64,000 nt of DNA from a virus (lineage: Duplodnaviria; Caudoviricetes), in IMG/VR virus record IMGVR_UViG_3300020576_005620, positions 32,001 to 96,000 of that record; one strand, given 5' to 3'. Every line of letters begins with the position of its first letter. Positions within the stretch are counted from its first letter, which is position 1. The notes below the pieces were generated by a model. It searched no databases, was not told the DNA's origin, and saw only the letters and a program-made list of their open reading frames with translations. Both the position numbers and the translations under genes were made by a program. Below are positions 27,072 to 37,227 of the stretch, piece after piece.

Positions 27072-27695
27072 ATGGAACCCCCGAAGCTCTTTAAAATGGC
27101 GGAAGCCGCAGTCCGCAGTGCAAATTTTAAATCTAGATTTAATCTGGATGTCTGCGATGATGCTGTTTCTATCGTCTATGGTAATCTTTTAAAAGCTTCT
27201 TCTTCAGATTCTTTACAGGGTGATCCTTATAATTATTTGAAGAGGTGTGCTACTAGAATGGCTAATAAAGTCTATACTCGTTCTACTCTACCTGGATACC
27301 TAGCCGTTGAGCCTAACTGGGTCCCAAACGGTTTGACAGAGCAAACTGTAGAACTTTATACTTGCAAAAGTACCTATTCAGAAGAAACTTACAGAAATTG
27401 TTTGAGAGAACCTTTAATGGTTGAAACTCTTACAGAAGCTGTTTACGAAAAGACAGAATTAGAAAAACTTCTTAAGAGAGTTAACTCTATAAATAACAAT
27501 AACTACGATAAAGTTTTTAATAAAGACAAGTTTTTCCTAAAAGTAGCTCCTCTAGTACTTTCCTGTCTTATTGATAATGGTAGTTTGGAAGATATTAAGG
27601 CTGAGTTTTTTAGAAATAAATTATCTGAGCTGACTAAATTTTCAGAAAAAATAATTCCTAGAATAGAAAGAATAGAGAAGTATTTAGAAAAATGA
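27072..27695 (+). CDS. sigma-70 region-2-like (ECF-like) protein
   Basis: DDAVSIVYGNLL...DPYNYLKRCATRMANK resembles ECF region 2. Confidence 0.45.
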   Translation: MEPPKLFKMAEAAVRSANFKSRFNLDVCDDAVSIVYGNLLKASSSDSLQGDPYNYLKRCATRMANKVYTRSTLPGYLAVEPNWVPNGLTEQTVELYTCKSTYSEETYRNCLREPLMVETLTEAVYEKTELEKLLKRVNSINNNNYDKVFNKDKFFLKVAPLVLSCLIDNGSLEDIKAEFFRNKLSELTKFSEKIIPRIERIEKYLEK

Positions 27696-27904
27696 GCACA
27701 CCCAATTCAGAAGCTATAAAGATAATAAGGGGAGCTGTACCTTTTCATGATGGTTTTTTGCTTACTGCAAAGACAACTGTTTTTGAGAAGGATTTCGATG
27801 TAGAAAACCAGTCTCTTTTTTCTCTTAATAATTTCTTTCTAATTTGTACACATAAAACTAAAATGAGCAACGGAGACATACTCTTAGAATGCGTCAAAAT
27901 CTAA
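27692..27904 (+). CDS. hypothetical protein
   Basis: coupled small ORF. Confidence 0.55.
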   Translation: MSTPNSEAIKIIRGAVPFHDGFLLTAKTTVFEKDFDVENQSLFSLNNFFLICTHKTKMSNGDILLECVKI

Positions 27905-28170
27905 AACTACACTGTCAAAGTTTCCTCCACTGTGAGGGATCTGAAATTACATGTTCTTGCGGGGCATATACGCCCGCACTTATCCATACCGAATGTCTTG
28001 TTGAAACTGCTGGAAAGCATGTCAACGAACTAACGAAAGAAGACTTCGACGATAAAGAACAAAAAACAATAGACACAGTTTGGGAATGTGCTTGCGGCAA
28101 CCAGCACACTTCCACTATTCATCCACCAACCATTGATAAAATCACAATTGAGACCAAACTAGACAAATGA
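27889..28170 (+). CDS. Cys-rich hypothetical protein
   Basis: CSCG and CACG motifs. Confidence 0.6.
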   Translation: MRQNLKLHCQSFLHCEGSEITCSCGAYTPALIHTECLVETAGKHVNELTKEDFDDKEQKTIDTVWECACGNQHTSTIHPPTIDKITIETKLDK

Positions 28171-29432
28171 GCACTTCCCTTAAAATCGAACAAGAAGCAA
28201 CTTACACAATGACTGGCCGAGAGGCTGCGCAAGCCTTAATGTGGGCTTATGATGTCGAAAGGACTGAGGGTGAAAGATGCGTTATGAATCTGATCGGCGC
28301 ACCTGGCAATGCTAAGACCAGTATTGTTCAACAGTTTACGGAGAAACTTCGTAAAGTCAGAGAAGATCAACAGCTTGGTACAACAGCTTTGTATTCCCTT
28401 CGACTAAACCAGGCAGACCCTACAGACTTGAAGGGTGTTCCCTGCTTTATCGAAGTTGACGGAAAACAAATGTGTACTTTTGCTTCTCCAGAAGTTTTTC
28501 CTCTAGTAGGATGTCCAACTTCTGGCAAAGCTGATTTTGTGGTAATTCACCTTGATGAAATGCCACAAGCACCAAAGAGTATGCAAAATCTTGCTGCTAA
28601 TATCATTGACGGAGTTATTGGTGACAATACCCTAGACTTTTCTAGAACTCTTATTATCACATCTGGAAACAGAAAGCAGGATAACGCTGCTACTTACGAT
28701 ACACCATCAAACGTAAAAACTCGACTAACAACTATTAACATTAATTTGACATATGATGAATGGCGAACATGGGGTATCGAAACTCAAAAAATCTCAGGTG
28801 TTGTACTTGGTTTTCTGGAAAATTACCACGGTACTTACTTCCAACACCCTAATCCACCTGCTGACCTGGTTACTTATCATAATCCAAGAACGTGGCATAA
28901 GGTAAGTTCTTTTATCAAGGCTTGGCCAGGAACTCTTACGGAGTGGGCTAAGTCACCTTTAACACCTTCAATTGTTTCTGGAACAATTGGCGCAGGAGCT
29001 GCAGGACCCTTCCTAGAATTCTGCAAAACTCTTGATTCGCTCAATATTGAGAGTGTTTGTGCAGGTCACAGTCCGGCAGCACCGTCCTCAGAGAAGATGG
29101 ATGTATGGTACATGGCTTGCGGTGAATTTGCATTCCGAATCAGCAAGATGGGAAGCTATCTAGAAAAGATAGTAGAGCAGAAGAAGGTTGAACCTAATGC
29201 TTCGATGCTGACTGAGGAAGACAGAAAGGTTCTCAAGAATATTGGTGACTGGATGCTCAAAGCCTATAAGGATGGCAATGCAGACGTAGCCTTTATTACT
29301 CTTGTACATAGACTTCAAAGCAAGGCGGCTATTAATACAATCAGAAAGATTACTAATACTACCGAAGAGTTTAAGTCTTGGAGGGAGTTGATTAACATTC
29401 TTGCAAGTACTGCTAATACTAGGACCGGATAA
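28167..29432 (+). CDS. MoxR-like AAA+ ATPase
   Basis: GAPGNAKT, DPTDLKGVP, IHLDEM, SGNR, NPRTW. Confidence 0.9.
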   Translation: MSTSLKIEQEATYTMTGREAAQALMWAYDVERTEGERCVMNLIGAPGNAKTSIVQQFTEKLRKVREDQQLGTTALYSLRLNQADPTDLKGVPCFIEVDGKQMCTFASPEVFPLVGCPTSGKADFVVIHLDEMPQAPKSMQNLAANIIDGVIGDNTLDFSRTLIITSGNRKQDNAATYDTPSNVKTRLTTININLTYDEWRTWGIETQKISGVVLGFLENYHGTYFQHPNPPADLVTYHNPRTWHKVSSFIKAWPGTLTEWAKSPLTPSIVSGTIGAGAAGPFLEFCKTLDSLNIESVCAGHSPAAPSSEKMDVWYMACGEFAFRISKMGSYLEKIVEQKKVEPNASMLTEEDRKVLKNIGDWMLKAYKDGNADVAFITLVHRLQSKAAINTIRKITNTTEEFKSWRELINILASTANTRTG

Positions 29433-29434
29433 TT

Positions 29435-29689
29435 GTGAGCAACAAAGTAGTAATAGTGCCCGTTATAGATAAAAATAAGGGGCACTATCCCGAAAGCATA
29501 CTAGTCTTTAACAATAAGATGGTATACTTTGTTGATAAAGAAATCGGCAAAGAATTTCTTAGGAAACAGATTGGTAATGATAAAGCATTTTTTAAGGCCT
29601 ATGATGCTGGATTTATTTCCTTAAAAGTCATTGAGGATGAAGATAGTGTAGAAGACATTATCCAAAAAGGAGAACTATACAATGGATGA
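29435..29689 (+). CDS. hypothetical protein
   Basis: 84-aa ORF between the AAA and vWA genes. Confidence 0.65.
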   Translation: MSNKVVIVPVIDKNKGHYPESILVFNNKMVYFVDKEIGKEFLRKQIGNDKAFFKAYDAGFISLKVIEDEDSVEDIIQKGELYNG

Positions 29690-31034
29690 AGCAACGTTAG
29701 AAAAAGTAGAAACTAAACCGGAAAATAAAGCACCTGATGCTACACCAGAGGAGCTTAGGGCAATTAAGGAAACATATTCTAGTGACAGAAATCAGCTTCT
29801 TCTTCAACATCCATGGTTTGGCATGATTATTATGGGGCTTTCTCTTAATGCAAGCCAAGAAATTCCTATTGCTGGAGTCACCTATACTAAAATCTTCTTC
29901 AACCCAATCCACTCCTCTAGAAGAAAAAATGGCTGTAAGAGCTATCCAGAACTAAAATCTGACACAAGATTGTTTCTTTTGTGTCACGAGCTTCTACATC
30001 CATCGTTAGGGCACTGCTCCTACCCAGCAAGTAATGCCTATAACCACAGGCTTCAAAATATTGCAATGGACGCTGTTATTAACAGAATTCTTTGTGACAA
30101 GGGTGGCAAGTTTTCTTCCTATAAGGAAGCAATTAGAACTGATATTGCTGGTGGTGTATTTATAGGATCAGATACTGATGTCCTAGAAATTGGGATCCCA
30201 GGTTCTGATACTTTTTACTCCATCAAAATTCCAGGTCTTTTAAATGCAGATTGGCCCTATATTTACGAGTGCCTAATTAAGGCTTCTCAAGGCTCTGATG
30301 CTGGAAAACTAAAGATAGCGGCGGAGGCTTTTGGTGATAAATTTCTCGATACACTAGAAGATCCAGAAGCAGATTCTTCTTCTTTGTCTACAGATAGAAC
30401 CAGCTTTTTGACCAGAGTAAGCGGAATTTCCCAAAATCATTCTTCTACTCCAGGCTCTTGTCCAGGTGAGGTTGAAATGTACATTAGTGCCCTTTTCTCT
30501 CCTAAGATCTCCTGGACAAGAAGATTGAGATCTTCTGTTGAACAAAGCATAGTTAAGGAAGATTTCTCATTTAGAGTAAATTCAAGAAAAGCTCATATTG
30601 CTATCCTTCCACTCTTAGATCCCAAGCCTGTTTACAATGTCTACGTTGCTCTAGATACTTCTGGTTCAATGTCGGACAGGGATATTTCAGAGGCTTTGGG
30701 TGAGTTGAAAGGTTTGAGAGATACCTACCCTATGACTTTAACAGTTATTCAATGTGACTATGCAATCAGTGACGTTAAAGTCTATGATGATTCGCAGGAT
30801 ATTAACTGGGAAAAATTTTCAATAGCTGGTAGGGGCGGCACTACTTTTGTTCCGCCAATTACTTATGTAAATGAGCTGTATGAAAACGGAGAGATTGCGC
30901 CTCCGTCAGTATTTGTCTATTTTACAGATGGCTATGGAGACTTTCCAGAACAACCCGAGTACCCTGTTATTTGGGTAAGAGCTAAAAATGGTTACAAAGA
31001 TTTTCCATTTGGGGAGATAATTGATATTGAGTAG
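29682..31034 (+). CDS. metallopeptidase-like + vWA domain protein (DUF2201 type)
   Basis: HELLH...H, NIAMDAVIN; DTSGSMS MIDAS, GRGGTTF, YFTDGYG. Confidence 0.9.
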   Translation: MDEATLEKVETKPENKAPDATPEELRAIKETYSSDRNQLLLQHPWFGMIIMGLSLNASQEIPIAGVTYTKIFFNPIHSSRRKNGCKSYPELKSDTRLFLLCHELLHPSLGHCSYPASNAYNHRLQNIAMDAVINRILCDKGGKFSSYKEAIRTDIAGGVFIGSDTDVLEIGIPGSDTFYSIKIPGLLNADWPYIYECLIKASQGSDAGKLKIAAEAFGDKFLDTLEDPEADSSSLSTDRTSFLTRVSGISQNHSSTPGSCPGEVEMYISALFSPKISWTRRLRSSVEQSIVKEDFSFRVNSRKAHIAILPLLDPKPVYNVYVALDTSGSMSDRDISEALGELKGLRDTYPMTLTVIQCDYAISDVKVYDDSQDINWEKFSIAGRGGTTFVPPITYVNELYENGEIAPPSVFVYFTDGYGDFPEQPEYPVIWVRAKNGYKDFPFGEIIDIE

Positions 31035-31401
31035 TAATCCTGACGAACATTTAACCGAAACCCCTATTGATATTACTGGTAAACAGCAGACTGTTTTTGG
31101 ATATGGGGGTCTTTATCTTAAACTCACTGCTACTAAATCTGGATTTGGTTACACAGTTACTTTAGACACAAACCTTCCTACTATTGAGGCAAAGAGTTTA
31201 ATGGTAAAGGATAGTGATGAAGTAGATGACTGTTTCCATGGCTTGGTAGAGATATGGAAAACTGCTCACTCAGCCTATTTCAAAGATAGCGGTCGAGTAA
31301 ATAAACCCTCTAAGGTAACAATTGTAAATGGGAAACACAGAGATGTTATGTCTTTCTTAGATATTGATTTCCCTTCAACAGACGATGAGCAACCTATATA
31401 A
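31021..31401 (+). CDS. hypothetical protein
   Basis: 126-aa ORF. Confidence 0.65.
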   Translation: MILSSNPDEHLTETPIDITGKQQTVFGYGGLYLKLTATKSGFGYTVTLDTNLPTIEAKSLMVKDSDEVDDCFHGLVEIWKTAHSAYFKDSGRVNKPSKVTIVNGKHRDVMSFLDIDFPSTDDEQPI

Positions 31402-32122
31402 TAAACTTTTTAAGAAAGGTTTGAAGGAGATTAGATCTTCTACTTCAGGGTCTAAGTTAATTGACAGAGCTGTACACCTGCAATCTGGTGGGTTCACTCT
31501 TGTAAAAGGTGAACCCTATGTAGGTATTACAGCTTTCTGTCTGCAAATTGCAGAACACTTTTCAAAAAAGAACCTTGTTGTATATGTTGATGTAAATAAA
31601 AATCTTAACTCAGATCGGACTCAACATATAAAAACAGACAATTTTATCTTTGTGCAGCCTTCTTCGCATCTCCCTGTCATAGAACTGGCTTCAGCTATTT
31701 TTCAAGAATTTGGTGAACCAATAATATTTATCTTTGATCAAGGGAGCCTGATGCCAGATGGGGGAAGTTTAGAACAGACGGCGGTTTCTTTAAGAAAGAT
31801 CAATCCGCTTAACACTGTTATAGCCGCAGAGAGAGAAAAGTACAAGGCTACTGACTTATGGGGAGAAAGGATCTTTTTAAGTTTTGGAAAGAGGTTCTAT
31901 TATGACAGAGAACTTTATGGCCACCAAATCTTAGTGAAAGGTGGGAAAGGCAAAAGTGAACATTTTGTCTCCCATTTTACTGGGAGATTGTCTCCTGGCT
32001 TTGAGAGTGCTTTCTTAGAAGTAGAAAATGGCAAACAGAAAACAGAAGTTTTCAATTACGGCCCAGTGACACAAAAAGGTTTTTGGGCTTTTCTTGCAAA
32101 AGTATTAGCGAAAGGATTTTAA
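31385..32122 (+). CDS. degenerate RecA-superfamily protein
   Basis: STSGSKLIDRAV..GGFTLVKGEPYVGITAFC (Walker A Lys lost), VVYVD, IFIFD. Confidence 0.6.
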   Translation: MSNLYNKLFKKGLKEIRSSTSGSKLIDRAVHLQSGGFTLVKGEPYVGITAFCLQIAEHFSKKNLVVYVDVNKNLNSDRTQHIKTDNFIFVQPSSHLPVIELASAIFQEFGEPIIFIFDQGSLMPDGGSLEQTAVSLRKINPLNTVIAAEREKYKATDLWGERIFLSFGKRFYYDRELYGHQILVKGGKGKSEHFVSHFTGRLSPGFESAFLEVENGKQKTEVFNYGPVTQKGFWAFLAKVLAKGF

Positions 32123-32578
32123 ATGATAATTAGATTACCTCACCCAATTGAGAGAATGCGTGGTGGTGGGATAGTTGTTACTGTTGAGTGCTCTGAGGGC
32201 ACAGAAACAGTATCTAACTTTGCCATTGCTACTTCTGATAGTGAAGCAGATATTCAAAAAGCCATGGATACTGCAGTTGAAAAATGTAAATCTCAACTAG
32301 AAGTGGCTAATAAAAATCACTATCCTGACATTGTTATTTCTCTTACACAAGATGCAGTAATGAAGGGATACAAGGAAGGAAATCTTCTAGACGAAGAAAC
32401 TCTTAAACTCCTTCAAAGTCCATGTGATGAGCATAAACAAAAAGAGCTTAATATTCTTTGTGAGACTTTAGGTATTGAAAAGATAAATACCTCTGCTAAA
32501 GGGTATACTATGTTGCAGACAACAGCTCTAATAGCAGGTCTTAAGAAATGGGCTAAGTCTCTGGAATCCACAGCATGA
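32123..32578 (+). CDS. hypothetical protein
   Basis: 151-aa ORF. Confidence 0.7.
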   Translation: MIIRLPHPIERMRGGGIVVTVECSEGTETVSNFAIATSDSEADIQKAMDTAVEKCKSQLEVANKNHYPDIVISLTQDAVMKGYKEGNLLDEETLKLLQSPCDEHKQKELNILCETLGIEKINTSAKGYTMLQTTALIAGLKKWAKSLESTA

Positions 32579-32895
32579 CATTTGTTATAATCGGCTCAAT
32601 TGTATCACATACAAGTAAAGGGGAGGTAATAGTCCAAGACAGATCAACAAAAGAACAATTTACTATTATTCCCCTTGACGACGAAATGTTAGAAATGGAG
32701 GAAGGTACTGATGGTATCATCATTGGTACTTTTTGCAAGGGCATATACAAGGCCCAAATTTATGAACCAAGGAAACTGCTAGAACCTCTCTATGATGTAG
32801 ACCTTATGGATATTGCTGGGCAATTTGTTCATGACTTAAAAGGCGATCCATTTCCAAACATATTTGACAAACTTCAAAAAAAAGTTATTGATTAA
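32575..32895 (+). CDS. hypothetical protein
   Basis: 106-aa beta-rich ORF. Confidence 0.65.
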   Translation: MTFVIIGSIVSHTSKGEVIVQDRSTKEQFTIIPLDDEMLEMEEGTDGIIIGTFCKGIYKAQIYEPRKLLEPLYDVDLMDIAGQFVHDLKGDPFPNIFDKLQKKVID

Positions 32896-32901
32896 TTACC
32901 T

Positions 32902-33204
32902 ATGAATTCCTCACTCTTTTCCTTTTATATTAACCAAAAACCATCTGTGTGTAAGAAGAAAGCAAAATTTCCTACGAAAGCGGATGCTATTAAGAATAGA
33001 AAAAAACTAATAGCAAGAAGGGGGGACGCAGGACGAAAATCTCGTGTATTTTATTGTGTTTGCTGTAAATCTTATCATGTTGGTAAGCCTTTGAAAAATC
33101 AAGAATATGAGAAAATTGAAGACTCACAAGAAGAACAATTTATTAAACAATTCTCAGAACCAGATGACACTAAACCAGAAGACTCTCATATGGAGGATAG
33201 CTGA
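32902..33204 (+). CDS. Zn-binding phage protein
   Basis: CKKK.KF.TK..A...YCVCCKSYH. Confidence 0.65.
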   Translation: MNSSLFSFYINQKPSVCKKKAKFPTKADAIKNRKKLIARRGDAGRKSRVFYCVCCKSYHVGKPLKNQEYEKIEDSQEEQFIKQFSEPDDTKPEDSHMEDS

Positions 33205-33239
33205 GCTAAGTAAGGAGGTTACTTCTTTGAAAGAAGATT

Positions 33240-33713
33240 ATGACCTTCTTAATGCTGAGTGCAAAAAATATGGCATCTTTAGATGATAACCTCATATCGG
33301 ATTCTGGCCCCTCTAAAACACTCTTTCTTCATAGGCAGTTAAAGTATATGGATAAGAACATTATTCATAGAAAAACATCTTATACAGTGCAAGATCTTTG
33401 GGCATACTTTATTCTGTCATTTAATTACCAGGAAGCATCCCCATTAGGTCTTCATATTTCGAAAGAAGATCTTAAAACACAGAGAGAGAAGTTATTAGAA
33501 ACTGAGAAAGAACCTGATCAAAAAGAAATTGACTTCATCTATAATTCTGTAAATTCTCTAGGATTAGATGTTGTTCTTTTCTCTATAGACGAAATAGTCC
33601 CTTCAGACTCTAAAAATAATCAAAGACCAAGTATACTCTCTATACTAGACTATGCACCAATTGCAATAACTAATGTAAAACGCTTAATTTTGGAAGAACG
33701 AATCTCTAAATGA
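33240..33713 (+). CDS. hypothetical protein
   Basis: 157-aa ORF coupled to the helicase. Confidence 0.65.
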   Translation: MTFLMLSAKNMASLDDNLISDSGPSKTLFLHRQLKYMDKNIIHRKTSYTVQDLWAYFILSFNYQEASPLGLHISKEDLKTQREKLLETEKEPDQKEIDFIYNSVNSLGLDVVLFSIDEIVPSDSKNNQRPSILSILDYAPIAITNVKRLILEERISK

Positions 33714-34768
33714 ACGATCCAACAGCGATAGATTATGTTGATACAGACTTTTTAGTTAATAAATTTTTAGAAGTTGAGGAAAAGATGGTAAAAAATAGTA
33801 CCGGAAAGCCTCATATGAGTTACTTTGATTCTGGGGAAAATGATTCAATCATTAGAATACCAAAGAGAAATTTCTCTGATGGTGTCCCCACCTTTGATCA
33901 AGCTTTGAATGACTATACTTCGGGAATTCTATGTCTTGCTGGTAGAGCAAATGCAGGTAAATCAACTGCCTTTGTTTCGACAATGACTGGTGTTTTAGAA
34001 TCAAATGAAGATACTATTGTTTTAGACTTTTCTTTTGATGATCCTCCTAGAAAAAGGCTTCAACAAATCATAGCAAATATAAGCGGTCTACGTTTTATAG
34101 ATATTGCTCAAGTAGGTGAACTAAAATCAGTAAAAGCTTCTATGTATGAAGAGGCTAGAAACAAGTTCTTTGACTGGGTTAGTTCTGGTAGATTAGTACC
34201 ATTTAGTCATGTTGAAACTGTACCTAATAAAGCTAGGGTAAATGTTAGAGATTTCAATGTTATCATTAGAAAAATGAAAACATATAGAAGTCAATTCCCT
34301 TCAGCTAAACTTGTGTTCTTTGTAGATGGGTGGAATAACCTAGATACAGGAAGTCTTAAAGGTTATAGTGAGCTTCAGATATACAATGAAATGTTAAAGA
34401 GGCTTCAATCTGCTTCTGAAGAGTATGAAGTTAAACTATTTCTTTCATCTCATCTTAGAAAATCATTAGAAAAAAGACCAAGCGTTCAAGACATAAAAGG
34501 TACTTCCAATATGGAGTTCGATGCAGTCTCTATTATGATTGCTAGAAATGAGTATAGAGAAAATGCTTTATCTGATCCTTTAATGTGGGAGGATGAAGTC
34601 GGTGATCTTCACCCAATTCTAACTCTAGAAGTCCATAAGACTAAAGTTTCTGAATGGGACTATCCTTTGTTTATGATCCTTAATAGTGGATCCTGTAGAA
34701 TGACCCCTATTCCGCCTATATCATATACATCTTATTATGAGTTATGGAAGGGGAGGAAGGCTAAGTGA
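33710..34768 (+). CDS. dnaB: DnaB-like replicative helicase
   Basis: AGRANAGKST, FVDG, SSHLRK, RPSVQDIKGTSNMEFDA. Confidence 0.88.
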   Translation: MNDPTAIDYVDTDFLVNKFLEVEEKMVKNSTGKPHMSYFDSGENDSIIRIPKRNFSDGVPTFDQALNDYTSGILCLAGRANAGKSTAFVSTMTGVLESNEDTIVLDFSFDDPPRKRLQQIIANISGLRFIDIAQVGELKSVKASMYEEARNKFFDWVSSGRLVPFSHVETVPNKARVNVRDFNVIIRKMKTYRSQFPSAKLVFFVDGWNNLDTGSLKGYSELQIYNEMLKRLQSASEEYEVKLFLSSHLRKSLEKRPSVQDIKGTSNMEFDAVSIMIARNEYRENALSDPLMWEDEVGDLHPILTLEVHKTKVSEWDYPLFMILNSGSCRMTPIPPISYTSYYELWKGRKAK

Positions 34769-35241
34769 GCGAAAAGAACGTAGAAATTATGGGAGTTAAA
34801 CTCCCGCCCTCAACAACCTTTTTTAAGGCTCTTATTGCTAGCAGAGATGCTACACCAGAAGAGCTTATAAAAATACAAGACGAACTGTTGTTTCCTTCAG
34901 CTAATAACTGGTTAATAGCGGTTGCTAGATTTTACGAAATTGAACATAGAGAAGACCCAGAATTATTGCTGGAACATCTATTTATGCTTCAAGAAGCTCA
35001 TGCTGATATTTCTGGTCTATGTAAAGCTATTTTTAGAAGAACTAAAAGTGACCTTTATATTAAGATGTTGGAAGCACCAGCAGATGACGTAAAGAAAAAA
35101 CCTATTGCACACGACGCTAGAGAGTACTATGCTAGAAAGGCTGGTTCTTCTTTGGAAGGTTTAGAAGACCTTCTAGAGAAAAAAGGATCCTACCTTCTGA
35201 ATAGAATAATGACTCTAAGGAATAGTAGTAGCAGGTATTGA
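34765..35241 (+). CDS. hypothetical helical protein
   Basis: 158-aa ORF. Confidence 0.65.
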   Translation: MSEKNVEIMGVKLPPSTTFFKALIASRDATPEELIKIQDELLFPSANNWLIAVARFYEIEHREDPELLLEHLFMLQEAHADISGLCKAIFRRTKSDLYIKMLEAPADDVKKKPIAHDAREYYARKAGSSLEGLEDLLEKKGSYLLNRIMTLRNSSSRY

Positions 35242-35678
35242 TAATGACGAAAGAACTAAGATCCCTATTAATGACACTTAGATCAGTACTTGGTGGGAAA
35301 ACACCTTACTCTGATCAAGAAAGCTCTCCTATACCTTTTGAGCTTTTGAAAGAAACTTTATCAGCACAACTTCTTCAAATTGAAGAAACAGATGACTTTA
35401 AGAATATCACCAAGGGTGAAGAGAAGGTTGTACTTTATGGCCAGATAACAGATTATCTTTATGATAACTCTGATTTCTTTGAGGACTCTCCTGCGTATGA
35501 TAGTGATGACGGAGATCTAAACATAAAAGAGCTGACTTCTGATGAATTAATGTCTTTTATTAAAAGCAATTCAGGAGAAGTTTTTGAGTATTTTGTTGAA
35601 TCTTCTCAGTCAGAAGCAGATAAGCATAAACAAAACCAACCATATCTAAAGGTAGAAATAACTAAGTACGAAGGCTGA
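35238..35678 (+). CDS. hypothetical acidic protein
   Basis: 146-aa ORF. Confidence 0.65.
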   Translation: MIMTKELRSLLMTLRSVLGGKTPYSDQESSPIPFELLKETLSAQLLQIEETDDFKNITKGEEKVVLYGQITDYLYDNSDFFEDSPAYDSDDGDLNIKELTSDELMSFIKSNSGEVFEYFVESSQSEADKHKQNQPYLKVEITKYEG

Positions 35679-35688
35679 TAATAGTTAA

Positions 35689-35895
35689 ATGAAATTTTTA
35701 AGAGAAATACAAGATGTCTTAAAAAAAGAAAAAATAACTATTGAAGTCCTTCGACATAAGAAACACTACATATTGAAATGCAAAAATTCAGGTGGTAAAG
35801 AAATTATTACAACTGTAAGTTCTTCAACTGCGAGTAAATTCGCACATAAAAGAATAGTTTCTGACATCAAAAGGGGGTTTAAAAATAACTCCTAA
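35689..35895 (+). CDS. small basic protein, possibly HicA-like fold
   Basis: helix-KKHYIL-strands-helix pattern. Confidence 0.45.
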   Translation: MKFLREIQDVLKKEKITIEVLRHKKHYILKCKNSGGKEIITTVSSSTASKFAHKRIVSDIKRGFKNNS

Positions 35896-36268
35896 CTGGA
35901 AGACAGCAGAACAAAAAGTTGCCAGACTTATCGGGGGTAAAATTACCCCCGGTTCTGGCAATAAATTTATAAGAGGAGATGCCATTAATGGGCGAAGTAG
36001 GTTGGTTGAGGTTAAGCAAACTAATTCCGAAACACTAACCCTTCAATATAACTGGTTTCGAATCTTAGAAACATATGAATTAGATCATGAAGTTGCTCTT
36101 GCAATTTTCTTTTTTAAGGACGGCTATGTTTACTACCCGATAGGTGGACAAAAAACAACCCAAGAATGGTCTACTCGAGAAGTTAAACATGACAGCCTTC
36201 CACAATTTATAGAAACACCTAAACAGACTTGGGAACTGTATCCATTAGATTCCCTAAAAACATGGTAA
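35885..36268 (+). CDS. PD-(D/E)xK Holliday-junction-resolvase-like nuclease (probable ATA start)
   Basis: in-frame upstream of the track ORF: WKTAEQKVARLIGGKITPGSG...GDA...VEVKQT; AGGGGG SD 7 nt before ATA. Confidence 0.75.
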   Translation: MTPNWKTAEQKVARLIGGKITPGSGNKFIRGDAINGRSRLVEVKQTNSETLTLQYNWFRILETYELDHEVALAIFFFKDGYVYYPIGGQKTTQEWSTREVKHDSLPQFIETPKQTWELYPLDSLKTW

Positions 36269-37227
36269 ACAGCTTAGAAGACGAACTAATAAAAAAATTT
36301 GGAACACCAGTGTCAAACACTGGTTCCGAAATAAAGTTTATCTGCCCTAAATGCGGCCATAAATCTCTGGTTGCAAGTTTAGATGCTGGAGTATTTTATT
36401 GTTTTGTCTGCTTTTTTGGTAAAGGTGAGAAACCTTTAATTGCTTCTAAGACAACATCAAGTAGAACTAGAGTAGATCATAATATGCATCTACGAGTTTT
36501 ACACTGGCTTTGTGATAATCTTACTCTCTCCAACGAGCACAGAAAATACTTAAAAGAAAGAGGTCTTTACAACCCCGATAAGTATAGAATATCAACAGTG
36601 CCTTTCCAAGTGGAGGCCCACTTACAAAGAGTTTTTACTATTGAAGAACTTCTTGCTAGTGGCTTTTTTAAGCCTTCACTAAAGAGTGGTATAACAGGTT
36701 GGCCAGCACTCAAGCCTGATAGAATTTTTATCCCGTACTGGGTTGAAGATTCTATAATTGGCTGCAAAACTAGAGTTGATCCTTTAGATTTTGAGCAAGA
36801 ACCAAAGTATGCAATACCTTTTGGCTCTAAGATAGCTAAGCATTTATGGTGCCCCAAACCTTTATGTGGGGATGTTATAATCACTGAAGGGGAGTTTAAA
36901 GCTGCTGCTGCTTGTGACTTAGGCTTTACAGCAGCATCAACTAATGGAATTAATGGAGCTTCTGCAGCAGTATTGCACTTGCCTAAATATATAAAAAAAG
37001 GTAAAATACAGAGAATCTTTATAATCTACGATAATGAAATTAAACCTAATGAAGTTTCATTATCAACCTTTCAAGCTGAATACTTAGCTAAAACACTACC
37101 GAACGCTGTAAAAGTTACTTTACCACTATTAACAAACCAAACTAAGCAGGATTTAGATTCTTTCTTAGTTTCGGAAGGGGAGGAGGATCTTTATTTTCTT
37201 CTCGAGCAAGCATGGAAAACAAGATAG
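36261..37227 (+). CDS. dnaG: DNA primase (Zn finger + TOPRIM)
   Basis: CPKCGH...CFVC; ITEGEFKA; IYDNE; QDLDSF. Confidence 0.88.
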
